From contig OZ025648.1 in NCBI GenBank assembly GCA_964019335.1, forward strand, positions 372,001 through 436,000: 64,000 nt of DNA. Reading direction: 5' to 3'. Within the stretch, counting starts at the first letter, position 1; each line of letters begins with the position of its first letter. The notes under the pieces are model-generated. The model was given only the letters and a program-made list of their open reading frames with translations, made no database searches and was not told where the DNA came from. The stretch is from Diplonema japonicum (taxonomy: Eukaryota > Protista > Euglenozoa: Diplonemea). Of this stretch, positions 42,892 through 54,313 are shown in pieces. The translations under genes were made by a program, and so were the position numbers.

Positions 42892-44448
42892 TCAGTAGTG
42901 CAATCTTGATGCTGCAAGTGCGGAGGCACGGAGACGGGACGGGGAGAAAGAGAGCGAAGGGTCGCGCAACGAAGCAGCTGACGAGGTCACCGCAGCGACC
43001 GCGGCAGTGAGGTTCTGAGCCGCGGAATAACTGTAGCTTTGAGGGACCTGATAGGGTTCTGCCCGCTGCCCGCGGGTGTACGAAGAGACAGGGGCTACAC
43101 CAGAAGCAGAAGCAGAAGAACCAGCACCACTCGCACTGATACCAGGAGGAGGTACGACAGACGGCGAAGGCGAGGGATTCGGAATAGGTGGCTGCGTCAT
43201 CTTGACACTGACTCTAGGCGATGTAGCTGGTGAGCGGCCAGTGTGGGACGTGAAGACATGCACTTCACTCCGCAACCTGTTCTCCCTCTCCTCCAAAGAG
43301 TCGCGCTGCTCTCGCAGCAGAGCTTCCTGGTCCAACAGTGGTGCCTCCTCGCTTTCTACGACCCGCCTGTGTTGGTTGAACTCCAGCATCCTCTGCTCCA
43401 ACGAGTTTATCGCCTGTCCCTGCGTCTGGGTTGCCGCACGTGCCGCCTCAACAATGGACAATCTCTGCTCTTCGCGGTTTGTGTATTGTTGGTATTCCCT
43501 CAGTTCAGCTTCCTTGGAAGTCTGCGCTTTGAGGACCTCAGCGGTGGCACCGGCTAACGTCTGCGCGGCCATTCGTTCTGCTTCGAGTAAAGCTGCGACC
43601 TCGGCTTCCGCTTGTGCTGACGCTTGTACAGCTGATTGGACGAGCATTTGGGTTTCAACAAGCTTGGAGTGGGCGGTCTGCTCACGGCCTTGCGAGGTCA
43701 GCACCTCGTACTGAACTTGGTCGCGTGCTTGCATTTTTGCTTCGACGTCACGCTTCTGTTCGATGAGCATGCGCTCGATGCTGCGGAGGCGTTCTTCGCT
43801 TTGCGCGACCTCTGCGTCTTGGTGCTTGAGGGTTTCGATCAGCTGCTCGACAGTACGCTGGCACTCGCCGACACGGTCTGTCCATTCACGTTCTTGCTCG
43901 CGGATTTGTACGACTTCTTCGGACTTTGCGGCGACTTTTTGCCGTGCGAGGGATGTGCCTTCTTCTGCTTGCTGCAGACTGCGCTGTGTCCTTTCCTCTT
44001 CGCTTCGGCGTTCCGCGATTTGCAAATCGGTCGTGTGGACCTTCTGCTCTTGCATGTCCCGCTGGCGTTGCGAGTCATGAAGCGCCTCGATCGCCTCCGC
44101 CTCCCGCAGGCGTAGTTCTTCTAGCTCGCGGGTTGCCTTCTCCACCGTATCCAGTTGGTGCAGCTCCGTCCAGTAGTCCTTGCTGCGGTAATATATGGAG
44201 TCGAGCATGGTGGGGTACAGTTCTGCAAAGCGCTGGAACTCGCTGAAAGAGAGAACACCGTCCCTGTTTAAATCGAGCTTGTCAAATAGGTCCACGGTCG
44301 TCACCTCCGTCGAGGCCGTCTCGATGTGCAGCCGCTTCATTGCCGAGGCCCACTCTTCCTTTGGGATCCCTCTTTGCTTGTTTTGATCCAGTTCATCAAA
44401 TGCGCCCCTCATCTTCTCTGAGAACGTTGCGTGGTCGTGGTGGTCCAT
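42892..44448 (-). CDS. EF-hand plus coiled-coil protein (paralog A)
   Basis: LFDKLDLNRDGVLSFSEF EF-hand followed by a long coiled coil. Confidence 0.85.
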   Translation of the reverse strand: MDHHDHATFSEKMRGAFDELDQNKQRGIPKEEWASAMKRLHIETASTEVTTVDLFDKLDLNRDGVLSFSEFQRFAELYPTMLDSIYYRSKDYWTELHQLDTVEKATRELEELRLREAEAIEALHDSQRQRDMQEQKVHTTDLQIAERRSEEERTQRSLQQAEEGTSLARQKVAAKSEEVVQIREQEREWTDRVGECQRTVEQLIETLKHQDAEVAQSEERLRSIERMLIEQKRDVEAKMQARDQVQYEVLTSQGREQTAHSKLVETQMLVQSAVQASAQAEAEVAALLEAERMAAQTLAGATAEVLKAQTSKEAELREYQQYTNREEQRLSIVEAARAATQTQGQAINSLEQRMLEFNQHRRVVESEEAPLLDQEALLREQRDSLEERENRLRSEVHVFTSHTGRSPATSPRVSVKMTQPPIPNPSPSPSVVPPPGISASGAGSSASASGVAPVSSYTRGQRAEPYQVPQSYSYSAAQNLTAAVAAVTSSAASLRDPSLSFSPSRLRASALAASRLHY

Positions 44449-45012
44449 CCTGCAACCCCCTTTTTTTTTGTAATGTCCCTATTTTTTTATTGAGTTTTTT
44501 TTTTTTTTTATTTGCATCTAAGTTTTGAGAGGAAAACGACAACCCGCAAAGGAGAAAAAAAAAAGAAGAAGAAAAGAAAAAAAAAAAAAAGAACAAGAAA
44601 TTCCGTCGCTTTATTTACAAAGAAAAAAAAATGGGGAAGGAGGAAGGGTGAATAAAAAAAAAGAAGAAGAAAAAAAAAAAACATGGGGGAGAGAACCATA
44701 AAATGAAGGAGCAAGGAGGAGCGTACGTGTTACTTCCCCTTTTTTTTTCTCCTTGTACTTTTTCTTTTCTCTCCATTCTCTCTCTCTCTCTCTTTTTTTT
44801 TCAAACATGTTTTTTTTTTCTTTTCTTTAAAAAAAAACCCCCCCACCCTATCCTCTCTTTTTACAAAACAAAAAAAAAATAAGGGGGAAGACAGGGGGAC
44901 GAATAAAAAAAAAAGAAATAAGAGGTAAATTACCCTCATAGGTGTTAAAAAAAAATAGGGAGGGGGGAAGGGTGGGTACAAGTACAGTCTCTTTCTTTTT
45001 TCTCCCCCATCA

Positions 45013-46434
45013 TCAGTATTTCCGCTGTCTGTGAGGACTAAATGACTTCAACGTATTTGATCGGGTGGAGGAATTCATTGTAGTTCTGGCAAGATCATTG
45101 TCATAATGCCTGCGAGGCGGGGAAGAAGCTCTAAACCGGCTATTGTTGTGGTTATCAGGATAGTCTTTGGATTTGTAAGCAGACGGCATAGGAGAAGACC
45201 GGTATTTTGAGTAATGCGCAGGAGAAGGAGACCGTCTAGTGGTGGAGAAATTGCTAGCATTCGTTCTAAGCTTCGCCTCCCTGTCCTCGAGGGACTCCCG
45301 TTGTTCGCGCAACATCACTTCCTGTTCTAGAAGACCGACTTCTTCGTTTTCCACATCGGATCTTTGCAAGTTGAAGTCTTTATTCTGAGCTTGTAAGGCC
45401 TGCAGGACTCTAAGGTGTTCTTGGGATTCCAAAAGACTGTTTTCCTCCCCTTGACGGGAGAGCTTTTCCCTATCTTTGCAGTTCAAGAGTTCCTTCGTCT
45501 CGTTTTCAAGTATCAGCTGGAGTCGGAGAGATTCCGCGTTCAATGTTGCGGCGGTGTCGTTGCTGTCCCGTTCTCGTGCAATGGCAGCTTCAAGTTCCCC
45601 TTCTGACAGGGACAACCGTTCACCTGATAGCTGTACAGCGCGTTGAGATTCGAGAAGAGCGGAGACTGCAGTTTGTTCCGTTGATTTAGCATGTGTCAGG
45701 TCATGGTGCATGTGCTCACACATGCCTCGCAGTCTGTCAACCACGGACCTTTGCTCCGCGACCTTCCGTTCAAGTTCCATAAGGTATTCCTCTGCTTTTA
45801 CGACGTCGTTTTCTGCGTTTCGCGACTGTGCTGCGGTTACCTCAACTGCGTGTCTTGCTTCGTTCAGACCGGCTTGGATTACCCTCTCGTTGTCACGGGC
45901 TTCTGCATGATCGGCTGCCCGGTCTCTCACTTCCAAACGAAGATCCTCCGTCATTGCGTGCGCTTTTACAATGTTGTCGCGCTGTTCCTTCTCACGCATT
46001 TGAGCTTCTTTTAATTGTTGAGCCGACATGTGAACGCGGTGGTCTTGTTTATCGGTTACCTGTTGTGCTTCGAAGAGGTTCAGCCTGCATTGTTCTTCAC
46101 GGTCTTTGAGGGTTCTCTCTTGCTTTTTCGCCTCTTCGATATTCTCCAGCTGGTGTATGTCCGTCCAGTAGTCTTTGCTGCGGTAGTAAAGGCTGTCCAG
46201 GGTCGTCGGGAACATCTCGCAGAATTTTTGGTACTCGGAGTAGGTTACTAAGCCGTCGCCGTTGGCATCTGCCTTGTCGAAAAGGTCTCGCATCGTGGCG
46301 AGAGTGAAGTCGATGTGGAGCCGTTGCAGGATTGTGATCCACTCATCCAACCCGAAGCTCCTTGTCCTCTTTAAATCCAACTCGTCGAATGTCCCTCGTA
46401 CCTTCTCCGCGTGCGAGGCGTCTTCATGGTTCAT
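45013..46434 (-). CDS. EF-hand plus coiled-coil protein (paralog B)
   Basis: LFDKADANGDGLVTYSEY; shares LDSxYYRSKDYWT and LREQRxSLExRExxLR with paralog A. Confidence 0.85.
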   Translation of the reverse strand: MNHEDASHAEKVRGTFDELDLKRTRSFGLDEWITILQRLHIDFTLATMRDLFDKADANGDGLVTYSEYQKFCEMFPTTLDSLYYRSKDYWTDIHQLENIEEAKKQERTLKDREEQCRLNLFEAQQVTDKQDHRVHMSAQQLKEAQMREKEQRDNIVKAHAMTEDLRLEVRDRAADHAEARDNERVIQAGLNEARHAVEVTAAQSRNAENDVVKAEEYLMELERKVAEQRSVVDRLRGMCEHMHHDLTHAKSTEQTAVSALLESQRAVQLSGERLSLSEGELEAAIARERDSNDTAATLNAESLRLQLILENETKELLNCKDREKLSRQGEENSLLESQEHLRVLQALQAQNKDFNLQRSDVENEEVGLLEQEVMLREQRESLEDREAKLRTNASNFSTTRRSPSPAHYSKYRSSPMPSAYKSKDYPDNHNNSRFRASSPPRRHYDNDLARTTMNSSTRSNTLKSFSPHRQRKY

Positions 46435-46616
46435 TTTATTATTTTTTACCCCTTCTCCCACTGTAACAAAAATACCACCGGGTCGGTTTTTTTTTTTTTT
46501 CAAAAAAAAAAGTTAAAAAAGGGGGATCTGGGGGGGGAAAAAGTTAATTTTTTTTTTTCAAAAAATAAAAAAAGTGAAGAAAATATAAAAAATGAGGGGG
46601 GGGTGTGGGAAAATTA

Positions 46617-48152
46617 TTAAGCCTCCCAAAACGGCTGTTCCTTCGCGTCCTTGTTGATGAAGCCCATCACCCATAAGGAGTCGTTTTTTTCCTTTTCCTT
46701 CTGCTGCGCTTCTGTCAACGTGGGGTTGTCGGAACGGGCGAACGCGAGTTTAAACTTGGGGTTCAACCTGTGAATGCGCGCGGTAAGAGGCGGGGAGAAG
46801 GCCCAACCCTGTGCGGCCATAATGTCCTTCAACTTCTCACGATAAGCATCTTTTTGCAGCGCGTCCATGTACACACAGAACTTCACAGTCTCAACCGCCA
46901 CATAACCAGACGGTTTCATGAATGACTGGCGGTCACTCGTGAAGTTCTGCGCAGCATGGCAAGAAAGGAACATTGCGTCAAACTTAACCGGAACGTCTTG
47001 CTTCGTGTTGAGAAGGAGGTGGAAACGAGCAGGGTCGATCCCGGCAAAGAAGAATTTAACATTGGGCTTTTCCGGAATCTTGTCAACAGGGTCTTGTTCT
47101 TGTAATGCGGAGGGCGCGTCCCACGCCAGTTTGAACTCCGAAAATTCCCATTTCTTACCGGTTACAAATTCGTACAAACACGCTCGAATCGCGTGTAACG
47201 CGAGGATACCATTGGAGTACTTAAAGCTCCCATCATGCTGTTTGGCCAAAAGATCAGGGTACTCCGAGTTAATCCCGAAATTTGTGAACGGGGAGCAACG
47301 AACATCACCGAGATACACACCGTTGTCTCGTTTTCTATTGACAAACATAGCAAGTGTTTTGTTTGGGTGGACGTACTCATATTTTGTATCTCGGTGTGGA
47401 TTTACCCTTGCCCAGTCGTATGCAATACCGGTGGTGCGCCAATCTTTGTATTCAGGCCATCTTATGTGAGGTGTGTAGGGAAGCAAGCCCATGTTGAAGT
47501 CCCAATCCATTACATTGCTTTTTGAATCGTAACGATCGCCGATGTCAGTCCGGACTCTGTTGTCCCATTGGTGGTCAACGTTGAAGTTTGACTTTGTGCT
47601 GGTCCATGCTTCCATTTGGTCTGCGATCCAGTCGGTTTCTTTCATTTTTATGAAGGTTTCGAAGTCGAAAAAATCCTCGAAAGAATCGTCTGCTCCTCTC
47701 AGCATGGACGCGACTCGTTTGCCGATTCTCTTCATGGTGCTTACGGCGGGGTCGCGGAGGAGAGAATTCCCGTACAATTCCAAAAATTCTGCTACGCTTT
47801 CCTCGAGCTCCCCCACTGAGTTCTTTTCTAAAAACCATGTTAGAAAGAAAATGTGTCGTGAAATGTGCTTTAAATTCATTTCTTGGAGGTAGAAGTGCAC
47901 AGGTCTATCGGTGTGTCTCCTCACTCTGCTTACTGTGTAGATAATGTGGCGGATGTCGCCGGCACCGTCCAACAGAATGTTAACGGGTTCTTCCAAGTCC
48001 CCGTCCAGTCTTCCCTTGGGGATGTTTTCTAACAAATCAAACCCTGGGCTCCACCCCCAGTTCTGCTCCGTCCCAACGGAGTTTTTCAATGCTTGACTGT
48101 CCGTTTGCATGTATTGCAAACCTCCCGTTGTGGGGGGCGGGTCTGCCGGCAT
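46617..48152 (-). CDS. DNAAF3: Dynein axonemal assembly factor 3 (PF22)
   Basis: WGWSPGFDL, NILLDGAGDIRHI, FLELYGNSL, WDNRVRTDIGDRYDSK..DWD and YLGDVRCSPFTNFG. Confidence 0.88.
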   Translation of the reverse strand: MPADPPPTTGGLQYMQTDSQALKNSVGTEQNWGWSPGFDLLENIPKGRLDGDLEEPVNILLDGAGDIRHIIYTVSRVRRHTDRPVHFYLQEMNLKHISRHIFFLTWFLEKNSVGELEESVAEFLELYGNSLLRDPAVSTMKRIGKRVASMLRGADDSFEDFFDFETFIKMKETDWIADQMEAWTSTKSNFNVDHQWDNRVRTDIGDRYDSKSNVMDWDFNMGLLPYTPHIRWPEYKDWRTTGIAYDWARVNPHRDTKYEYVHPNKTLAMFVNRKRDNGVYLGDVRCSPFTNFGINSEYPDLLAKQHDGSFKYSNGILALHAIRACLYEFVTGKKWEFSEFKLAWDAPSALQEQDPVDKIPEKPNVKFFFAGIDPARFHLLLNTKQDVPVKFDAMFLSCHAAQNFTSDRQSFMKPSGYVAVETVKFCVYMDALQKDAYREKLKDIMAAQGWAFSPPLTARIHRLNPKFKLAFARSDNPTLTEAQQKEKEKNDSLWVMGFINKDAKEQPFWEA

Positions 48153-49387
48153 TTTTTTTTTTTTTTTTTTTAAACGCTTCGCTCGCTTTTTTTTTTTTTT
48201 TGATGGGGGAAAAAAAAAAGGGGGGGAAAAAAAAACTTGGTTTTTGGCGCACGGGGGCGATTTTTTGTTTGTTTGTTTGTGCGTAATATTGAGGATGGGG
48301 CGTAAAACATTAGTTGCCCCCTCCCCCCCCCCCTTTTTTTGTTTTGTTTTGTTTATACGAGTCAAAAACTCGTTCTTTTGCATTCATTCTTAAATAAATT
48401 CTTTTACATCGTTGTGCTGCCAACAAACTAGTTTTTTTTTTTTTTTTTTTTCTTACCCTCCCCCCTTTTTTTTTCCTTTTCAAAGTCTCGACGATAGGTG
48501 TTAAAAAACAAGAAGAAAAAGAAAAAAATAAATAAGAACGAGAAGCAATGTTGAGGCGCACGAAGAAAAAAACAAAAACAGGAAAAAAAAAAAAAAAAAA
48601 AAAAAAACAAAACAAAAATCGTGGTAAGGGGGGAGGAGGGGGGTTTTTATTTCTTTCTTCTTGCTTTTTTGGCATACAAAAAAATGGGCGAGGGAATTTT
48701 CTTTCATCATTTTCTTTTTTTTTTTTTTTTTTTTTGAAATTTCATAAACCCAGGCATTTGCAAATGTGTTTTCTTTTTTTTTTAAAAAAGAAAAATCATC
48801 ATTAATTCGTGGATGAGCCAAACACCCGCGAAAAAAGAACTCAGGGGGTACAACAAAAAAAAAGGGGGATGGGGTGTCATAATTATTACGATTAGTTTTC
48901 TTCCTTTATTCTTTCTTTTTTTTTTTTCCTTTGCACTTTTAATACACACAAAAAAAAAAGGAATTTTAATTTTTTTGATGATAGTCTCATTTTTTTTTTT
49001 TTATATTCTTCAAAGATTCTGGGAAATGAGAAGAACCAGCTGCGTAGTGAGATAAGAAATTTCTTTTTTTTAAAAAAAAAAGGGGGGGGAGAGAGGACGC
49101 GCCTCCTATAAACAAATATGAAGGGCAACAACAAGCGCGTGAACACACTTCCTTTCTTCTTTTTTTTTTAAAAAAAAAAAATCCTCTTCCCCCTTTTTTC
49201 TTCCATTCCGAGGGACCAAAAAAAAAAAAAAAAAAAAAAAAAACTTCGGACCCTCAAAAACCTTTGAAAAACCGTTCACACCTCGAATATGAATATATGG
49301 AGAGGTAAAACAGCCTCTCAGGGAGGGAGGGGGGAGGGAGGGAAAAACAGCATTTTTCAAAAAAAAATTTTTTTTCTTTTTTAGTTG

Positions 49388-52300
49388 TCACTGCTCCGCC
49401 CACCATGGCGGGAGCTCTTCTGACTTTTCAATGTTTACAGCTGTCTGGGTGGGTACACTCCCCAGAGACGGCGTTCTCCCCGTGCCAAAAGGCACGGGAA
49501 CGGCCGTTACCGGAGAAGACAGGACTGAGTAATGGTCTAGCGAATTGTTTATGGGAGAGGAGGTCCCCAGCGAAGATCTTCTGAAAGGCAAGGACGGGCC
49601 TGCCGCCAATGGCGAACTTACGCTCATGGGTGAGGACGGCCGGGGGAAAACCCGGGGAGAGGAAGACATCCAAGAAGGACTAGATGGGTGCGACTCGCAA
49701 GACCACCAATTCTGGTCATTCTGGTCGCTCAAGGGCGAGGCAGTCCCATTGCTGCTGTTGGTGCCCTTGATGAAGGAGAGATACGTTGAAAGAGTTGCAT
49801 TCTTGCTGCTTGTTGCCTCAGAGCGCCGAAGCATCAACCATGAATCACCCTCATCGAAGGTCAACAGGCATCTTGCTTCTTCCTCGTCAACTGCACATTC
49901 ACATATCTGCGTCATGGCAACGCCTTCGTTCTCAAGCAGTTTCAGTGTTCTTCTCGCAGATGTTTCTTCGTCTGATATTAGCCTTCTGCGGTACCGTTCG
50001 CTGGAGCCCCTTCCGAGTTCCAGTTCAAACAGGCGCATGGGGGTCCAGACCTGCAGCAGTCGAAGCCACTTCGTGTGGCAGTTGTCTTCTAGTTTTTTCC
50101 TCTCTACTTCTTCTTTCAGCTCGACCTGCAAGACTGGGCCCATCTCTATCGACCACCGCATTTTGACGTCGAGTTTGTTGCGCTCGGCATTTTCCTGCGA
50201 CGCCACCCAGTTCCGCCCACGGCCCTCATCACCTAGGAGGCCGACCGCTTCAGCTTTGATTTCTTCTTTTACCTTTTCTATCTGCGCGGGGGTGGCATTT
50301 TTTTTTTTTTTTTTACATACCCAAATCCCAAATGTTTCGATCTCTTCCAGCAACACGGTGTTGAACCTAACGTAGGACTCTTCTACTGCACACCGTGCAA
50401 GGAGCTCGGACCCTTCCTGTTCTCGAAGCTGGCGGAGGTTCGCTCGGATTCTATTTTTTTTTGTTTTGTTTTTTGTTTTGTTTGATACCGTCTCTGTTCC
50501 CTGCTTTTGTCTAAAAACCCTCTAGTTTCCTCTTGAATCTTCTTGCAGCTTGCGAGCCACAACACAGGCCTCCACATGGTCAACCGTGTGATCTTCACCC
50601 TTGCGGTGGCTTGCGCCATGATCGCTACGCTCCTGGTGCACTCTCGTTTATACTCCTTTTTTAAAAAAAAGATCTTTTTTGTTTTTCTTTTTTGCAACAA
50701 TACCTCAAGTTTAACGTAAACCTCCTGTTTGAGGAACACACGGGAAACCCCGATCTGAGCCTTGGCCTTGTCGTCAAGACTGTGTGAGATATATACCGGA
50801 TTTGTACTTATATTGTTATGTGAAAAGTCCCAAATTGGGACTCTTATTGCTCACCAGAGCATTCCGCGCACTCCCACCCTGGTCTCTCCTTTCTAACCTG
50901 CTTGAGGGTTGCGCTGCAGTTGGGGCAGGGCACCCTCGTCACGTTGTTCGCTGGCTTGGGGTCACCTGGCTTAGTCTTAGGGCTGGGCTTCTTGGTCAGG
51001 CATTTCTTCTTCTTCTTCTGCTTCTTCGTCAGAAGAAGGCGCATCAGAAATGGCCAGCCTGCTGAACATCCGGGTCTTCGGGTGCTGGTTCCGGGTCGAC
51101 TGACAGTCCCAATGGCTCCAATGGATCAATCTCCTCCTGCATCTGCATCCAGCACTTCTGCCCGACCTCGGAAGGCGGGTGCGGAGGGCCAGGCGAGGGT
51201 GCAGGAACGTCCTCAGTGGGCGGGGGCACGGATGCAGACCCGGGTGGGAGATCGTTAAAAAGGTAAGCAAACCCTGCCCGGATTGTGGCTTCTGTTAGCT
51301 TGCGGTAAGCCTCGACACTCCAGGCAGGAATAAAAGGACGCATAATCTTTGTCCTTTTGTCAACCTCTAGCATTGCTGATTTTGCAATCTGTGAAGGTTT
51401 CGGGACCGGCAACAGAAACCACAGGACCGGCAACAACAGAAGCACCAGGCGCGGCAACAGGACTAACGGGAACAGAAGCACCAGGCGTGGCAACAGGACT
51501 AACGGGAACAGAAGCACCAGGCGCGGCAACAGGACTAACGGGAACAGAAGCCGGACCAGCAGAAGTAAGAAGGGCTTCTCTTCTGTGTTTTTTCCGCCCT
51601 TTCTTTATCTGGGCCTTCAGGGCGTCCGCGTACCTTGTTTTGAAAATGGAAACCAAAAAGTAGTATCTTTGTAAACCACAAACGTGACTTTAATTTTAGT
51701 GGGGCCTGTCCTGGGGGGGGGGATCAGGCCAAAAATAATAAAAATAGTTTATTTGTATTGTTCTGTAAAAAGTCCCAAATTGAGTTCAAAATCCGAAAAA
51801 AGGTACATAATTTATACAGTACACTAAATTCCCAGACCATTATTAAAACTGAACAATATAAATACAAATCCGGTATATAAAAAAAAAAAAACAAACCCAT
51901 AGAGCTGAAGCAGCGCCAGAACACGGGCTTTGACATCAGCAGGAGGGGTGCTCTTGTAGAACAGGACGCGGTATCGTTTATTGAAGTCGCCGAAGAGCAA
52001 GCGGACAGGGTAGCCAGCTTTTCGGATGGACACAGTGGCGAGAACGCCTGAGGTGGTTAGTTGAAAGGCGACCTGGTTGCCGTCAAAGAGCATCGGCTTC
52101 TTGGCGGGGTGCGGCTTCACACACCGTATCCAGTGCGGGTTCGAAGAGTTGATGATCTTCATCAAATCCAACAGCTGCTGTTTGAAAAAACCAGCAACGG
52201 TGAGCTTCTTCTCGACAGGCCAGGCTAGGGACGAGATGTAACTGTTTGAGCTCGAGATGACCAAGTCCTTCCATGCCTCTTTCAATGTGTCGGCGTTCTT

Positions 52301-54115
52301 TTCCACAAAACCTTTTATCGTGTATGAGACATCACCGGCGAAGTGCTTCACGATGAAGGAGTCCTTGGCCAGCCTTTTTTTCTCGAAGAACTTGTGCTTT
52401 TCATATGAGGATGTAATCTCCGCGAGCCATTTTGCGTCTTCATCGGGATCGCCTTTGCTTAATGTCGACGAGGAATCGAGAAGCGAGAAAAGCCCCGGTT
52501 TGGGTTTCGAACTGATCACCAAATTAATACACTCTGTGTTGTCGGGGAATTTTACCTCGGTTACATCGACGCCTTCCGCACGGCATTCGTCCATGTCCTT
52601 GGCGAAGATGTGCTGGTTGTAGTTACCTTGGAGGACTTCGTTGGCGGTGTTGATGCACAGTTGCTCAAAACTGTTAACTTCGAAGTGTTCAAACCCGAAA
52701 ATGTCCAGCAACCCGATCCAACCTTCGTACTCCGGGACATCAAGTGCTTCGTTGCACTTGACGACCAACGACGAGAAGACCTGGTCGTAGATTCGTTTAA
52801 CAAACGCATCTCGCGAGTCCACTGCTTTTGATACGGAGAATTTCTTTTCCGATTTCTCCCCGCGGAGGAATATGATGGTCCGGACAAGCTCTTCACATAA
52901 TGTGGTTGGGTCTACAAATAGACATTTTGCTGCTTCAAGTGCGCTTGCCTTGCTCGTCGTGTTTAAAACACACCCGTCACCGCATTTTTCAAAAGAGATG
53001 TTTGAAAGATGTAGGACTCCGGCAAGCGTGGACCAGATTCCGGTGATGGAATGCTCGTCAATTCCAACCATCTTCATAGAGTCGCAGACCTCGTCGAAAT
53101 CTTCGCCAGAATTGAACTCATTGTTTGTCACGCATCCACCCGCGTTCAATGATTTGAACATGGTGTCGGAAGGACACGATGTCGCACCATATGTTCTTCC
53201 ATTCCCCCGAACAGCTAGGTACAATGAATGGTACACTCGCTCGCCTGGTCCTGCCGTGACGATTCGGGATTTCTCCAACAGGTATTTTGTGATGTTCGCG
53301 CCGACGATGGCGCCCTCCTCGGAGAATTTTATCTGCATGAATTTTCCGAATCTGCTGGAGTTGTCGTTGCGCGATGTTTTAGCGTTTCCAAACGCCTCCA
53401 AAAACGGCGACGCAGCCATGATCATGCTTCGAACGTCCTTTCCGTCTTCTTTTTCTTGCGTTCCAGACATTTTCGACGAAATCGCGGAGAGGTATTTCAA
53501 AACGATTTTCGACGCTTCGGTTTTTCCCGCACCAGACTCGCCGGAGACGAGAATGGTTTGGTCCTTCTTGTCCATGCGCAGCTCGTGATAGGTGTTATGC
53601 GCACACGCCCAGGAATGCGGTAGATTCTTTTGGATTGGGTAGTTTTCTTCGAGATACTTGTTCATATTGTCGTCTGTGTACCATGGGATCTTGTAGTTAA
53701 ACGGGTTCACGGCAACAACTATGGCACCTATGAAGGTGTAGATGATGTCGTTGAAGTATCTCTTCTTGATGCAGGACAGGAGAGTGGAGTCGTGGAGGAT
53801 GGTGAGCCTCAAGAGGTCGTGGGTGTCTTCGTACTCAGTTGAATAGACGACGTCTTCTCTCACGGAGAAAATGTTTTTTTCATTGTCGGGGATTTTCTCC
53901 ACGACGTCCTTCGGAACCGGGTCGGGCCAGCCGTCCGCCCATGGCCCGGAAGACAGAACTTGTGGCGCCCTCCCCTCTGGGGCCTGGCTGTTCCCTTCCT
54001 CCACCGCCTTGCATTTATAATATTTCTTCTTCGGGTCGAAGTCAACGACCTTGCCCCACAGCCAGCTGTCTTCCGGGTGTCTAAAGTAACATAATGAATC
54101 CGCAGGTAAAGGCAT
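49388..54115 (-). CDS. Myosin heavy chain; 4 introns (50780-51896, 50656-50703, 50451-50488, 50282-50320)
   Basis: GESGAGKT, NDNSSRFGK, DIFGFE and NPHWIRCVKP; splicing restores the converter (LYG|LDDKAKAQIGVSRVFLK), an IQ-like segment and a helical tail. Confidence 0.92.
50796..51873 (-). mobile_element. Non-autonomous pogo/Tc2-like (Tc1-mariner superfamily) DNA transposon inside myosin intron 1
   Basis: 22-bp TIRs CCGGATTTGTA(C/T)TTATATTGTT (21/22 match) with TATATA on both flanks. Frameshifted remnant includes WSVEAYRKLTEATIRAGF (like DDE_1 transposase C-termini) and a CPNC..CAEC zinc ribbon; internal 36-bp x3 repeat. Confidence 0.85.
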
Positions 54116-54313
54116 TCATCTGTGTACACTGAGTTGTGTGAAAGAAGGAAGGAACAAAAAAAAAATGGAGAAAAATACAGATTTGAGGCTACTACTACAA
54201 TTACAAGAAAGAAGTGGAAATAGAGAACAAAAAAGAAAAAAAAAGAGAAAGGTTTGCGATTTTTCTTTTTTGGTTGAGGTCAAAAAGTCGGGTTATCCCG
54301 CAGGTGAAAAAAA

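Noticed and set aside
40650-42929. Long N-terminal extensions in the ORF track (41027, 42929; likewise 27586, 46503, 48383)
   Set aside because: Low-complexity upstream DNA; downstream ATGs give starts consistent with the conserved domains.
49388-54115. Myosin as a truncated pseudogene plus separate downstream ORFs
   Set aside because: Four GT..AG introns join the pieces in frame, and the transposon lies wholly inside intron 1.
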